IMG/VR virus record: IMGVR_UViG_3300025012_000032
Source of the DNA: a virus
Lineage: Duplodnaviria > Heunggongvirae > Uroviricota > Caudoviricetes
Length of the DNA stretch: 64,000 bases
Reading direction: 5' to 3' (one strand)
In this document: piece by piece, positions 18,205-27,804 of the stretch
How the letters are laid out: the number at the start of each line of letters is the position of its first letter
Numbering within the stretch: position 1 is the first letter of the stretch
Notes under the pieces: generated by a model
What the model was told of the DNA's origin: nothing
Database searches by the model: none
The model's input: the letters and a program-made list of their open reading frames with translations, nothing else
Made by a program: the position numbers and the translations under genes

Positions 18205-18537
18205 ATGGATGTTAACAATTTAATAAATAAGATTATTAAGAATCAAAAAGAAAATACTGTTCAGAAACTAGATTTTTGTTGCGGTGTATTGAGTTATAAT
18301 AATCTAGTAAATGTAATAGAGACGGATAAAATTAAAATTATTTATGCTGATGAAGGTGAATGTGAAATAAGAAGAAAGAAAAATAATAATCCAGTGATTG
18401 AAAGAGATAAAACACAAAGAATTTATAGACAACATGGGGAATGGATTTATTTAAAACACGAGATGTTAAAGTTGGCAGGGATGGATGAAGAAGCAGAAAG
18501 TTTACTAAATATTAATATTGATTTTAATTATGATTAA
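18205..18537 (+). CDS. Hypothetical protein
   Basis: GAAAGGAG RBS. Confidence 0.5.
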   Translation: MDVNNLINKIIKNQKENTVQKLDFCCGVLSYNNLVNVIETDKIKIIYADEGECEIRRKKNNNPVIERDKTQRIYRQHGEWIYLKHEMLKLAGMDEEAESLLNINIDFNYD

Positions 18538-18553
18538 AAAGGAGAAAAATACA

Positions 18554-18868
18554 ATGAAGAATGTAAATCCAGAGTTATATGATTTTCTAAAAGAAAATGA
18601 AACAGGATTATATTCAGATATTCGTTTTGGAGAAGTAATTGCTTTTGTTCATATTCATTTTAGTGATTTAGATAGTTTTGTGAGAATCGTAGGGGATGGT
18701 CATTTTGATGAAGGTGGATCTGAAGTTATAATGTTTACTAATACAATTTGTATTGAAGTTAATGATATTATTGAAAGTTTGGGTCATAGCTTATATGATT
18801 ATAAATTTTGTTTTGACGTAGATTCTTGGAATGAACATGAAGTAGAAATCCGAAAAGATTGGGTTTAA
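18554..18868 (+). CDS. Hypothetical protein
   Basis: AAAGGAGAAAAA RBS followed by ATG at 18554. Confidence 0.5.
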   Translation: MKNVNPELYDFLKENETGLYSDIRFGEVIAFVHIHFSDLDSFVRIVGDGHFDEGGSEVIMFTNTICIEVNDIIESLGHSLYDYKFCFDVDSWNEHEVEIRKDWV

Positions 18869-18904
18869 AATTAACCATTTATTTGCTTTAAGAAAGGAGA
18901 AAAT

Positions 18905-19408
18905 ATGTTAGATGTAGCGGGGAAATATGAACAGGAGTTACAAAATTTATTTGCCAATATAATGTTCAATGATAAATATAAATTTTATCTCGGAAGTTCA
19001 TATATGGATAAGTATAAACCATATGAAAGCACATGGAATGGACATGAATTTGTTAGTATACATGATAGGAAAATAATTGGATATATGGGTTATACAATAG
19101 ACAGAGACGCTAATTTTGCTTATAGTTTAAGAGTAATAAATTTCGAAGATAAAAATTTATTATTTTCCAAAGATTTAAAACGATTTCTTCAAAATATTTT
19201 TGAGAAGTTTAACTTTAGAAAATTAAAATTTGGTGTTGTAGTAGGCAATCCAATTGAAAAAGCTTATGATAGAATTTGCCTTAAATTTGGAGGAAGAATT
19301 GTAGGCACTTATAAACAAGATACTAAACTTTTTGATGGACAATACTATGACTGGAAAATGTATGAGATTTTCAGAGAAGATTATTTAAAAAGTAAAATAA
19401 AAAACTGA
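18905..19408 (+). CDS. Hypothetical protein
   Basis: GAAAGGAGAAAA RBS. Confidence 0.5.
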   Translation: MLDVAGKYEQELQNLFANIMFNDKYKFYLGSSYMDKYKPYESTWNGHEFVSIHDRKIIGYMGYTIDRDANFAYSLRVINFEDKNLLFSKDLKRFLQNIFEKFNFRKLKFGVVVGNPIEKAYDRICLKFGGRIVGTYKQDTKLFDGQYYDWKMYEIFREDYLKSKIKN

Positions 19409-19438
19409 ATTACTAGAGGGAAAGGAGGAGAAAATTAG

Positions 19439-19594
19439 ATGTATAATGTAGATACTTTACATGAAATAACAACTGAAATTGATGGTAAATGGGTGATCGC
19501 TAGACCTATTAAACAAGGTTTTATAATAAGATTCAAAGATGCTATCCAAGTATTAAAAGGCAATGCTGAGGCAGTTAAATTTTATAAACAATAA
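19439..19594 (+). CDS. Hypothetical small protein (51 aa)
   Basis: GAAAGGAGGAG RBS followed by ATG. The ORF is below the track cutoff. Confidence 0.35.
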   Translation: MYNVDTLHEITTEIDGKWVIARPIKQGFIIRFKDAIQVLKGNAEAVKFYKQ

Positions 19595-19609
19595 AGAGGT
19601 ATGTGAGAA

Positions 19610-19795
19610 ATGGAGATTGTTATTACAAATAAAAATATGAGCGTTGTAAATGCAAAGAAATCAATGCAATTTGATTGCCCTAATTGCAAATATAACCAAA
19701 TTAAAGCAGCATGGAATTATATACATAATTATTGTCCTCATTGTGGAGCAAAAATTATTTGGGTTACAGATCCAGAACCTACTAAATTATTTTAA
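19610..19795 (+). CDS. Small zinc-ribbon protein (CPNCK...CPHCG)
   Basis: Two CxxC pairs. The overlapping track ORF 19650..19835 has no RBS or recognisable motif. Confidence 0.5.
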   Translation: MEIVITNKNMSVVNAKKSMQFDCPNCKYNQIKAAWNYIHNYCPHCGAKIIWVTDPEPTKLF

Positions 19796-19812
19796 AGAAA
19801 GAAGGAAATTTA

Positions 19813-19986
19813 ATGGATTTACATACAAAAAATAATCTAAAATCTAGTCTTGCAATTTTATTAGCAGTTGAAACTTTAGAATATGAAAATCAAAATTACT
19901 TGTCAGGGGATAATAGGAGTAGATCATTGGCAAAAATTACTATTATCAAAGATATAATTAAAGATATTAATGAAAATGTTAAATAG
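19813..19986 (+). CDS. Hypothetical small protein (57 aa)
   Basis: GAAAGAAGGAAA RBS followed by ATG. Confidence 0.35.
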   Translation: MDLHTKNNLKSSLAILLAVETLEYENQNYLSGDNRSRSLAKITIIKDIIKDINENVK

Positions 19987-20027
19987 CATGAAAAAAGAAT
20001 TTGAATGGGTTTAAGGAGGAAAATAAA

Positions 20028-20300
20028 TTGGCAAAAACAGAAGTAATATTAACTTCACAAGGTAATCATGGAGGGTATTTAATATATTGTCCAGGTTGTA
20101 AATGTCATCATGTTTTTGATATTAGATGGAATTTTAATGGAGATTATGAAAAACCAACATTTACTCCTTCCATGTTAATAAACAATAGTAGACCTGAATC
20201 TAGATGTCATAGTTTTGTAACAGAAGGGAAAATTCAATATTTATCAGATTGTTTTCATGAGTTTGCAGGACAGACGTTGGATTTAGAAGATATTGATTAA
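20028..20300 (+). CDS. Cys/His-rich hypothetical protein (CPGCKCHH...RCHSF)
   Basis: AAGGAGGAAAA RBS followed by TTG at 20028, in frame with the track ORF. Confidence 0.5.
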   Translation: MAKTEVILTSQGNHGGYLIYCPGCKCHHVFDIRWNFNGDYEKPTFTPSMLINNSRPESRCHSFVTEGKIQYLSDCFHEFAGQTLDLEDID

Positions 20301-20317
20301 AAGAGGAGTATGATGGA

Positions 20318-20509
20318 ATGAAAAAGATTTTAGATTGTACTTTAATCAGTGATGATTTGTATGAAAATTTAATATTATCTTACAAGGAAATGTTAACAGC
20401 ACTTAAATTTATTGAAGAAGTTTTTCCTGATGTTTTTATAGCATTAAGTATTGATCCTTATGGATTATTAAACGATGCAAGAGAGGTTTTAAAAACACTA
20501 ACCAAATAA
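20318..20509 (+). CDS. Hypothetical small protein
   Basis: AGAGGAGTATGATGG RBS. Confidence 0.4.
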   Translation: MKKILDCTLISDDLYENLILSYKEMLTALKFIEEVFPDVFIALSIDPYGLLNDAREVLKTLTK

Positions 20510-20547
20510 ATCTCAAATTTTCTGGGACTTTAGAAAGGAGTATAATA

Positions 20548-20736
20548 ATGAATAAAGAATATATGCCACTGTATGTAATTTATTATCATAATGAGATATC
20601 TGGAAAGTTTGAACCTTATCAGAGCGTATGTGGTATCACAGTTTTTTATATGAGTATAAATGATGCTAAAAAGCAATTGAAAAGAATAACTAATTATCCT
20701 GAGCATTATGAAATAGTTGAATATGTAGCAAAGTAA
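20548..20736 (+). CDS. Hypothetical small protein
   Basis: GAAAGGAG RBS. Confidence 0.45.
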   Translation: MNKEYMPLYVIYYHNEISGKFEPYQSVCGITVFYMSINDAKKQLKRITNYPEHYEIVEYVAK

Positions 20737-20756
20737 AAGTAAAATTGAATTAAAAC

Positions 20757-20801
20757 TTGTAATTCTACAATAACTAAGATATAATTATTGTAGAATTACA
20801 A
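20757..20801. promoter_or_regulatory. 17-bp perfect inverted repeat (TTGTAATTCTACAATAA, 11-nt loop, TTATTGTAGAATTACAA)
   Basis: Read from the sequence. It lies between gene 20548..20736 and the methyltransferase gene, and no U-tract follows. It could be an operator or an RNA structure. Confidence 0.45.
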
Positions 20802-20814
20802 AATAAGAAATGAG

Positions 20815-22146
20815 TTGATACATATGGGAAGTTCACTAATCGGGGATAGCAAGCTCAATTTTTTCCCAACGGAAACTTGGGAGACATATCGTTTGCTAGG
20901 ATTATTAGGCAGAATTGATATTGACTATTATAAGAAGAGTTATCTGAAAGAATATTACACAGAGCAAGGTTTATATCAAGAAATAGCAATGAAATCACTC
21001 GACAACCAAGTACCTATAGACTACTGCTATTACGATAAATGGTTGAATGATAAAGATTATGATAAAATTAAGCAATATTGTGAGTTTACATTGGGACATG
21101 GGAATCAGTTTCCAATAGTTGTTGCTGATCTTTTTGCTGGAGAAGGTTTATGGCTTGATAGTTTAAAATCTTTTATCCCTAAGAAAAACAATAGCAATGA
21201 CTTTTTATTGGTTTCTAATGAATTAGAAGAAAATCGACATAAAGAAATTGAGAAAAACATTAATATTGATGATTCATATAATAAATCATTTGAAGAATTA
21301 AGGATGCCCAAAAACTCAATTTCTCTCATGCTTTACAATTGTCCATATGGAAGTACAAACGGAATAAGAAATGTCAAGCACTATTTAAACCTTATTTTAG
21401 AAAGACAAATTATCTACAACCCCTCAACATCAAAAGACTACAAAACAGGTTACATCGTCTGCGTAATTCGCAAAGATGATTTTCTTGATTCATTAGACAT
21501 CTTATCTAAAAACTTTGATATACTTAAAAACTCAATCTATAAAACTAATCCAGAGGAATATGCTAAGTTTAAGCAATATATATTCATTGCCCACCTGAAA
21601 CGATTCCCCTATGACTTATCAAATACTATGCAAGCAATGGATTTCCAAAAGCAATACAATGATGTAAAAGTAATAATCGAATCCGAGCCAGAATTTAAAC
21701 TATCACAATATAATACTTATCAATCAATTAATTATCCATACATCGACTATGATACAGCAAAAGAAAATAATAAATATATCGAAGCACCTACTACTCATAT
21801 TAGTAAAAATGATTCAATATGGAAATGGGTAAAAGGAATTACTGAATTAAAAGATTTAGGTGAAGAAAAATTAGTTGTTCCTAAACCATTGAAATTAGGT
21901 GAAATTAGTAATCTTCTAGCATCTGGAATGATTAATGGAGAAATATCATTAGAAGATGGTACTGGTAGACATGTAGCAATTGGTGGTGCTAAATCTATTG
22001 AGAAGAAAGAAGTAAGTAAATATAATGATGAGAATGGTGATAGTTATACTGAGACAAAGATTATTAAAATGAGCTTACCATACTTAAACATATTATGTTC
22101 TGATAATGGTAAATTGATTATAAAAGAGTTAGGAGATAGTGAATGA
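20815..22146 (+). CDS. Putative SAM-dependent DNA methyltransferase (gamma-class amino-MTase-like)
   Basis: VVADLFAGEGLWL resembles motif I (D/ExFxGxG). An acidic strand VSNELEE follows. LYNCPYG is an NPPY-like motif IV about 75 aa downstream. Confidence 0.5.
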   Translation: MIHMGSSLIGDSKLNFFPTETWETYRLLGLLGRIDIDYYKKSYLKEYYTEQGLYQEIAMKSLDNQVPIDYCYYDKWLNDKDYDKIKQYCEFTLGHGNQFPIVVADLFAGEGLWLDSLKSFIPKKNNSNDFLLVSNELEENRHKEIEKNINIDDSYNKSFEELRMPKNSISLMLYNCPYGSTNGIRNVKHYLNLILERQIIYNPSTSKDYKTGYIVCVIRKDDFLDSLDILSKNFDILKNSIYKTNPEEYAKFKQYIFIAHLKRFPYDLSNTMQAMDFQKQYNDVKVIIESEPEFKLSQYNTYQSINYPYIDYDTAKENNKYIEAPTTHISKNDSIWKWVKGITELKDLGEEKLVVPKPLKLGEISNLLASGMINGEISLEDGTGRHVAIGGAKSIEKKEVSKYNDENGDSYTETKIIKMSLPYLNILCSDNGKLIIKELGDSE

Positions 22147-24710
22147 TACCATACCTTAGAACAACAGATAAAAATACGATAAATTGTAATGCTGATTTAG
22201 TAATTCTTGATTCAAATGAACCAATATTAATTTCTCTATGTGATTTACATATCAAGAACAGAAAAATATGTAGTGATTTAATCTCTCATTCTTATCATAT
22301 TACTTTAAGAGATAGAGAAGATATATTCTTTGAACAAACATTGTATGGTAGAGAAAATCATTATCGCTATAAGTCAGACAGAATGGAAAACGATTTAACA
22401 CATACAATTATTTACAATACTAAAATAAATGATTATTGTATTAATTGGAATAATGAAGATAAAAATGATATCCTTACAAAATATTTAAGGAATATTCATT
22501 ATTTACCAGTTACAAGTGAAATTGTTAAAATGATTTTAGACAAAGATGACGAAACAAATGCTAAATATAAAAGTAATTATAGTAATTATGGATGTGTTAG
22601 TGAATGTACTGTTTATACTAATAATCCTATGTATACTGATTTAAAGGTATTTAAGATTAATGTAACTTGGTTTAAACAGAGTTTAAATGCTTTGACATTA
22701 GAAGGATATGCAGAAGATTTTGATTGGAGTAAAATTGAAGATATAGAAGACTATATATTCGCATTCTTAGATAAAATTAAAGAAAGATTGAAACAGAATG
22801 TAAGAGTTTTGTTTGATCCTAAGAATATTAATCAGAAAATGTTTGAAGGAAAGATGAAGCCATTTGATGGTCAAGTTCCAATTATTCAGGCAGGGTTAGA
22901 GGTTTTAAAAAGAAGTAGATTTGTTTATTTAGCTTGTACTCAAGGTTTTGGTAAGAGTTTGAGTACAGCAAAAATAAATCATTGTCATTTATATCAAAAC
23001 AAGAAAACTTATGTTACTTTGATTATGGCTCCTGCAATTACACTGTCTCAGTGGAAAGATGAAATTGAAAATAGCATAGGAGATAAAATTAATATTTTTA
23101 CAATTAAGAAAACTTCAGAATTTATTAAAATTTATAATAAAACTCAATTGCAATTTGATAAACCTACATATTTCCTAGTTGGTAAAGAAACATTTAAACT
23201 TGATGCAAAACGTGTATCTGGAATTAATATTAGAACTATGGAAATAAAACATAGAAAAGAAGTAGAACATGGTCGTTATTATCATAGCATAGATGAAGTC
23301 ACTGAAAAAATAACCATAGCATGTTGCCCTGATTGTGGCAGACCTTTGCAAAATGAATTAAGGAAAAAGGAAGATGTGTTTTTTACTGCAAAAGATTTTG
23401 AAGGCAATCCAAAGAAAAGTAATTACAAATGTTCAAATTGTAATGCAGTTTTATGGCAATCTACATATGATAAAACTAAAAAGAGTAGTTTGATTAGATT
23501 TATTAAAACTAAAAATATTAATTTTGATTCTGTCGGGATCGACGAAGCGCATCAGAACAGAAATGGAGAATCGATTATCGGTAATTCCACAAGGACACTA
23601 TTTAATTATGCTAAGAAGATAATGTTGCTTTCCGGTAGTTCAAATTCAGGATATAGTTCAAGTTTTCACAGCCTATTATTAGGATTAATACCAAATAAAC
23701 TCAAAGCAAATGATGTTATGGAAATGGAGAAATTTATTAAGACTTATGGAACATTAATGGCGGTCTCTAAAAAGAAAGATGGAGAATATTATCGTTCAGG
23801 TCGTAGTGAAATTAAAGATAGCGAGTTCAAAGAGATAGAAGGCGTGAATCCAATTTGCTTTGCTAAATACTTAGTTGAGAACTATATTTTTGCCACTTTA
23901 GACGATCTAGGAAAGGATTTGCCTGACTTAAATGAGTTTTATGTACCTATCAGTCAAACAGATGAAATGGAACGCTTAGAGCGGCATTTATGGGGAGAAA
24001 TTAAGTCAGCAAATGCTTTCAATGCTAAAATGTATGAAGATAGTATAATCAAGCATTATATTAATAATCCTTTTGATTGGAATTCTATTCCTATTAATCG
24101 AGGTGATGAAAGTTATAAAGAAGTTCAACCTAAATGTATTAATGATTGTATTTTACCAAAAGAACAAAAATTATTAGATATTGTTTTACAAGAAGTTTCC
24201 GAAGGAAGAAAATGTTGCGTATATGTTGACTTTAACAACGGTGGGGAATATATGCAAGGCAATACTATTGCAAAAAGGATTGAATCTTTATTAACAAAAA
24301 ATAAGATTCGGTGTTTTACGTTAAAAACTTCGACCGCTACTTATGACAGAAAGGAATTATTAGACAAGAAGAAAGATGATTTTCAGGTATTAATTACGAA
24401 TGCAAAATTAGTGGAAGTCGGGCTGAATCTTACATACTTATCCAGTTTTATAAATTTTATGCCATCGTATCATTATGAAACTGTTGCTCAGAGCAATAGG
24501 CGTGGTTATAGGGCTAATAGCACACTAGAAAATAGGATTTATCATCTTTATTATGAAAATAGTTGTGAGAATGGAATTATTAAGAGATATCAACGTAAAA
24601 TGGCAGAAGCACAAGCCATTGAAGGTAAATTCGATGCTTGTTTAGAAGATGATGAGAGTATTAGAACTGCTAGTAAATTAGGTAAGAAGATCAATGAAGG
24701 AGTTGTATAA
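22143..24710 (+). CDS. SF2 helicase (DEAH box, SNF2-like) with an internal zinc-ribbon insertion
   Basis: Motif I CTQGFGKSLS. Motif II GIDEAHQ. Motif III LLSGSSN. Motif V/VI region KLVEVGLNLTYLS and QSNRRGYR. Zinc-ribbon insertion CCPDCGRPL...CSNCNA. The start overlaps the MTase gene's stop. Confidence 0.65.
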   Translation: MIPYLRTTDKNTINCNADLVILDSNEPILISLCDLHIKNRKICSDLISHSYHITLRDREDIFFEQTLYGRENHYRYKSDRMENDLTHTIIYNTKINDYCINWNNEDKNDILTKYLRNIHYLPVTSEIVKMILDKDDETNAKYKSNYSNYGCVSECTVYTNNPMYTDLKVFKINVTWFKQSLNALTLEGYAEDFDWSKIEDIEDYIFAFLDKIKERLKQNVRVLFDPKNINQKMFEGKMKPFDGQVPIIQAGLEVLKRSRFVYLACTQGFGKSLSTAKINHCHLYQNKKTYVTLIMAPAITLSQWKDEIENSIGDKINIFTIKKTSEFIKIYNKTQLQFDKPTYFLVGKETFKLDAKRVSGINIRTMEIKHRKEVEHGRYYHSIDEVTEKITIACCPDCGRPLQNELRKKEDVFFTAKDFEGNPKKSNYKCSNCNAVLWQSTYDKTKKSSLIRFIKTKNINFDSVGIDEAHQNRNGESIIGNSTRTLFNYAKKIMLLSGSSNSGYSSSFHSLLLGLIPNKLKANDVMEMEKFIKTYGTLMAVSKKKDGEYYRSGRSEIKDSEFKEIEGVNPICFAKYLVENYIFATLDDLGKDLPDLNEFYVPISQTDEMERLERHLWGEIKSANAFNAKMYEDSIIKHYINNPFDWNSIPINRGDESYKEVQPKCINDCILPKEQKLLDIVLQEVSEGRKCCVYVDFNNGGEYMQGNTIAKRIESLLTKNKIRCFTLKTSTATYDRKELLDKKKDDFQVLITNAKLVEVGLNLTYLSSFINFMPSYHYETVAQSNRRGYRANSTLENRIYHLYYENSCENGIIKRYQRKMAEAQAIEGKFDACLEDDESIRTASKLGKKINEGVV

Positions 24711-24726
24711 ATGGTAAAATAAATAT

Positions 24727-24755
24727 TTGACATAATGTCTTACACATGTTATTAT
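24727..24755 (+). promoter_or_regulatory. Sigma-A-type promoter: TTGACA, 17-nt spacer, TGtTATTAT
   Basis: Near-consensus hexamers immediately upstream of the HNH gene. Confidence 0.5.
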
Positions 24756-24790
24756 ATAAATATAAAAAAAATAAAGAAAGGAAATTGATT

Positions 24791-25672
24791 TTGACAAGAG
24801 AAGAAAGAAATAAATATAATTATTGGTTAATAAGAAGGATTATTAATGGTATTGTGGAAAAACAATGTTCTCAATGTAAGGAATGGAAAGAAGATAATCT
24901 AAATAATTTTTATATGATAAATAAAAAGAAGCCGAACTTGGGATTTACTCCAAGATGCCGAAAATGTGGCACAAAAGCATCCGTAGATAGATATGCAAAA
25001 AGTCCTGAAAGAATGAAAGAATACGCTATTACTTATAGAGCTGAACACATAGATAAATGTATAAGCGATATAAAACAATGGAGAGCAGAAGTTCAAGATC
25101 ATGATCATAAAAGAGAATACGAAATACAATATTATAAAAAATATCCTGAAAAACATAAATTATATCAACAAAATCATCGACAACATGATATTACAGAAGC
25201 CGAATGGAGAAGTTGCTTAAAAGTATTTGATAATACTTGTGCTTATTGTGGTCTACCTTATAAACAACATATTGTAAAAAGAATGGGAAAATACATAATT
25301 ATGAATTTTCATAAAGAACATTCTGATGATAAGGGCTATAATGACTTAAGAAACGCCCTACCTGCGTGCAAAAGTTGCAATAGTCGTAAGCATGATTCAG
25401 ATATGGAGGAATGGTATAGGCGACAAAAATTCTTTTCTGAAGAAAGATATAATAAAATAATTTGGTGGCTAACTGATGGTTATAAGGATTACATAGAAGA
25501 TAAACCGCCATATAGAATCATTAGAGAAAAGAATAAAGATAATGCCAAATTCCATTTTAATTTATGGAGCGTAGATGAAATGAGAAACACCTTGGAAATA
25601 ATATCTACAAAAGATAAGAGAAAAGACTTAGAAGAAGATATTGAAATTTTTCTTAAAAGAAAAGGAGGTTAA
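24791..25672 (+). CDS. HNH endonuclease-domain protein with an N-terminal zinc ribbon
   Basis: CAYCGLPY...NFHKEHSDDKGYNDLRNALPACKSCNSRKHD matches the HNH (CxxC...H...N...CxxC) signature. The N-terminus carries CSQCKEWK...CRKCG. The start is TTG at 24791 behind AAAGAAAGGAAA. The track's ATG at 24746 lies inside the promoter. Confidence 0.6.
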   Translation: MTREERNKYNYWLIRRIINGIVEKQCSQCKEWKEDNLNNFYMINKKKPNLGFTPRCRKCGTKASVDRYAKSPERMKEYAITYRAEHIDKCISDIKQWRAEVQDHDHKREYEIQYYKKYPEKHKLYQQNHRQHDITEAEWRSCLKVFDNTCAYCGLPYKQHIVKRMGKYIIMNFHKEHSDDKGYNDLRNALPACKSCNSRKHDSDMEEWYRRQKFFSEERYNKIIWWLTDGYKDYIEDKPPYRIIREKNKDNAKFHFNLWSVDEMRNTLEIISTKDKRKDLEEDIEIFLKRKGG

Positions 25673-25678
25673 TTAATC

Positions 25679-26137
25679 ATGAAATATCGAGAAGGAGATA
25701 AAGTAGAAATCATTGATCAATCTTCAGAGTTTTATAAAAAGAAAGGTTACGTAATGACAAAACGAGAAATCAATAATAAAATATGGATTGCTTTCCCACC
25801 TGACAAATCAACTGGAAATGGTTTTGAACTAGAGCAAATAAAACTTATAAAAAGTGCTATTAAAGGAAAAGAAGTTGAACCTTGTGGATGTTGTGTATCA
25901 AGTACAGGTTATATATCTGCTAATGTATTGCTTGAAGAATGTCCAATAAAGAGAAAATTAGGACAACATGAAGATTCTATTGATATGAATTTTAAAGAAA
26001 AAGTTATGGTATGCACTTGTGTAAATTCTAATTACTCTTGGGGTGTGCCAACTTGCGAAAATTATAAAGGTCTTAGGGAAGTAACTCGTGGTGGTAGAAA
26101 AGTATGGAGAGTATTTTGTGATGCTGTAGAGGTTTGA
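25679..26137 (+). CDS. Hypothetical Cys-containing protein
   Basis: AAAGGAGG RBS. Confidence 0.5.
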   Translation: MKYREGDKVEIIDQSSEFYKKKGYVMTKREINNKIWIAFPPDKSTGNGFELEQIKLIKSAIKGKEVEPCGCCVSSTGYISANVLLEECPIKRKLGQHEDSIDMNFKEKVMVCTCVNSNYSWGVPTCENYKGLREVTRGGRKVWRVFCDAVEV

Positions 26138-26166
26138 TTATTTAAATTGAGGAGAGTGTTTAATTA

Positions 26167-26457
26167 ATGAAAAAGATTATAGAATTAAGCTTCCAAACTC
26201 CATTAGAATTTGTAGCAAAATATATGCATGATGATTTAGCATTTGACGCTGTTAATTTTGAGGGTTATTCTAAAATGACTATCAAGAAAATGATAGCAAA
26301 AATTAGCAAAGATGATATTGATGATTTAATTGAGGCATTTGTGAAATTTGCACCAGAAGTTGGATTTCAATATTGTGTAATACATAGTATTTTTCATGAG
26401 TATGATAAATGTCCATTTTGTCAATTAGGCATACGATTAGATTATAAAACAATATAA
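26167..26457 (+). CDS. Hypothetical small protein
   Basis: GAGGAGAGTG RBS. Confidence 0.45.
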   Translation: MKKIIELSFQTPLEFVAKYMHDDLAFDAVNFEGYSKMTIKKMIAKISKDDIDDLIEAFVKFAPEVGFQYCVIHSIFHEYDKCPFCQLGIRLDYKTI

Positions 26458-26474
26458 GAAAGGAAGATGTAAAG

Positions 26475-26741
26475 ATGGAAGAATTAAAATTATATAAATT
26501 CAATGATGGCGATTATGAGCATTGGATTTTAGCAAACAATCTTGTTCAAGCAATAGATTATTTTGTTCATGATTATTGTGGAGAAGATGAATCACAATTT
26601 GAATATGGTTTTACTATTAGTTTAGTTGATAGTGAAACATTGGACATTGAATTTGAGGATGAAGGAGAAAAGACTTCTTGGAGAAAGATTATGAATGAAT
26701 GTGAAGTAATTCCAAATTGCATTGGAACAAATGTAGATTAG
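26475..26741 (+). CDS. Acidic hypothetical small protein
   Basis: GAAAGGAAGATG RBS. Asp/Glu-rich. Confidence 0.45.
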   Translation: MEELKLYKFNDGDYEHWILANNLVQAIDYFVHDYCGEDESQFEYGFTISLVDSETLDIEFEDEGEKTSWRKIMNECEVIPNCIGTNVD

Positions 26742-26759
26742 GAGGGAGGTTAGATCACA

Positions 26760-26966
26760 ATGAAAGGTTATTCAATAAATGACAATGTAGTTAAAGAACT
26801 TGCTAAAGAATATAAGATGCCATTAGAGGATGCACAGAGATATATGAATGATACCTTAAAATATAACGAAGTGAGTTTAATAACTTGTGTAAATTGCAAC
26901 ATAATCAATTGTGAAGAATGTTGTGATAAATGGTATATAAATTATAAGAACTTGGTTCTAGAATAA
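26760..26966 (+). CDS. Hypothetical small protein (CVNCNIINCEECC)
   Basis: GGAGGGAGG RBS. Confidence 0.4.
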   Translation: MKGYSINDNVVKELAKEYKMPLEDAQRYMNDTLKYNEVSLITCVNCNIINCEECCDKWYINYKNLVLE

Positions 26967-27011
26967 AAAGTCAATTTGAATATAAAAATAAATAAAGGGG
27001 AGAATAAATAA

Positions 27012-27743
27012 ATGTGTGACGATGAATTTGAGAATTACTATGAACCAAGCGAAGTAGATCAGTTAGTTGAAGAATTTAAAGACAAATGCAGAGAACATTT
27101 ATTGCCAAATATACGTGAAGAAATTGAACGTCTTAATAAAGAAAATGTTGAACTTAGGATCAAAAATGAGGAATATAAAAAACGAGAGTCTGAATTAAAT
27201 AATAAGGAAAGAGATATAAAATACAAGGAAGATAATCTCAAAAGAGAAGTAGAAAAGGAATTTTACGAAAGCAATATAGGAGACACTTTAAAAGATTACA
27301 TAGAAAAATCAGAAGTATGGTTTGCTGATAGTAAGGGATTCCGTCAAGATAAATGTGCCTTGTGTAATGATGAACGTAAATTAGTTGCCAACTTTTCAAA
27401 TGGGAAAACAACAGAAACAAATTGTGATTGTAGTAATTTAGTACATAGATATATTCCAGAAATTTCAGAGCTATCTTTAATAAAATTTAATAAAAGAGAT
27501 GGCAGATATCAGTCAGATAGAAGTTTTTATATATCAAAAAGTTATATTCCATCAAAAAATTCTTCTTATAGAGACGAGTATGGTTATAATGAATTTAGAC
27601 TTTGTCAGATAGTAGATGAATTTAATGATGTTGCTATAGAACTGCATGAAGCCAAAGAATATAGTACGAAGATTGGATTTAAAACCAAAGAAGAATGTCA
27701 AAAATATTGTGATTGGTTAAATAGAGATAAGACAGAAGAATAA
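27012..27743 (+). CDS. Hypothetical coiled-coil protein with a C-terminal Cys cluster
   Basis: AAGGGGAGAA RBS. Confidence 0.5.
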   Translation: MCDDEFENYYEPSEVDQLVEEFKDKCREHLLPNIREEIERLNKENVELRIKNEEYKKRESELNNKERDIKYKEDNLKREVEKEFYESNIGDTLKDYIEKSEVWFADSKGFRQDKCALCNDERKLVANFSNGKTTETNCDCSNLVHRYIPEISELSLIKFNKRDGRYQSDRSFYISKSYIPSKNSSYRDEYGYNEFRLCQIVDEFNDVAIELHEAKEYSTKIGFKTKEECQKYCDWLNRDKTEE

Positions 27744-27804
27744 TACTAGCAAAATTCCATTTTATCCTATATTGAAAAATAAAATATGAAAGAGGTAATA
27801 ATTA

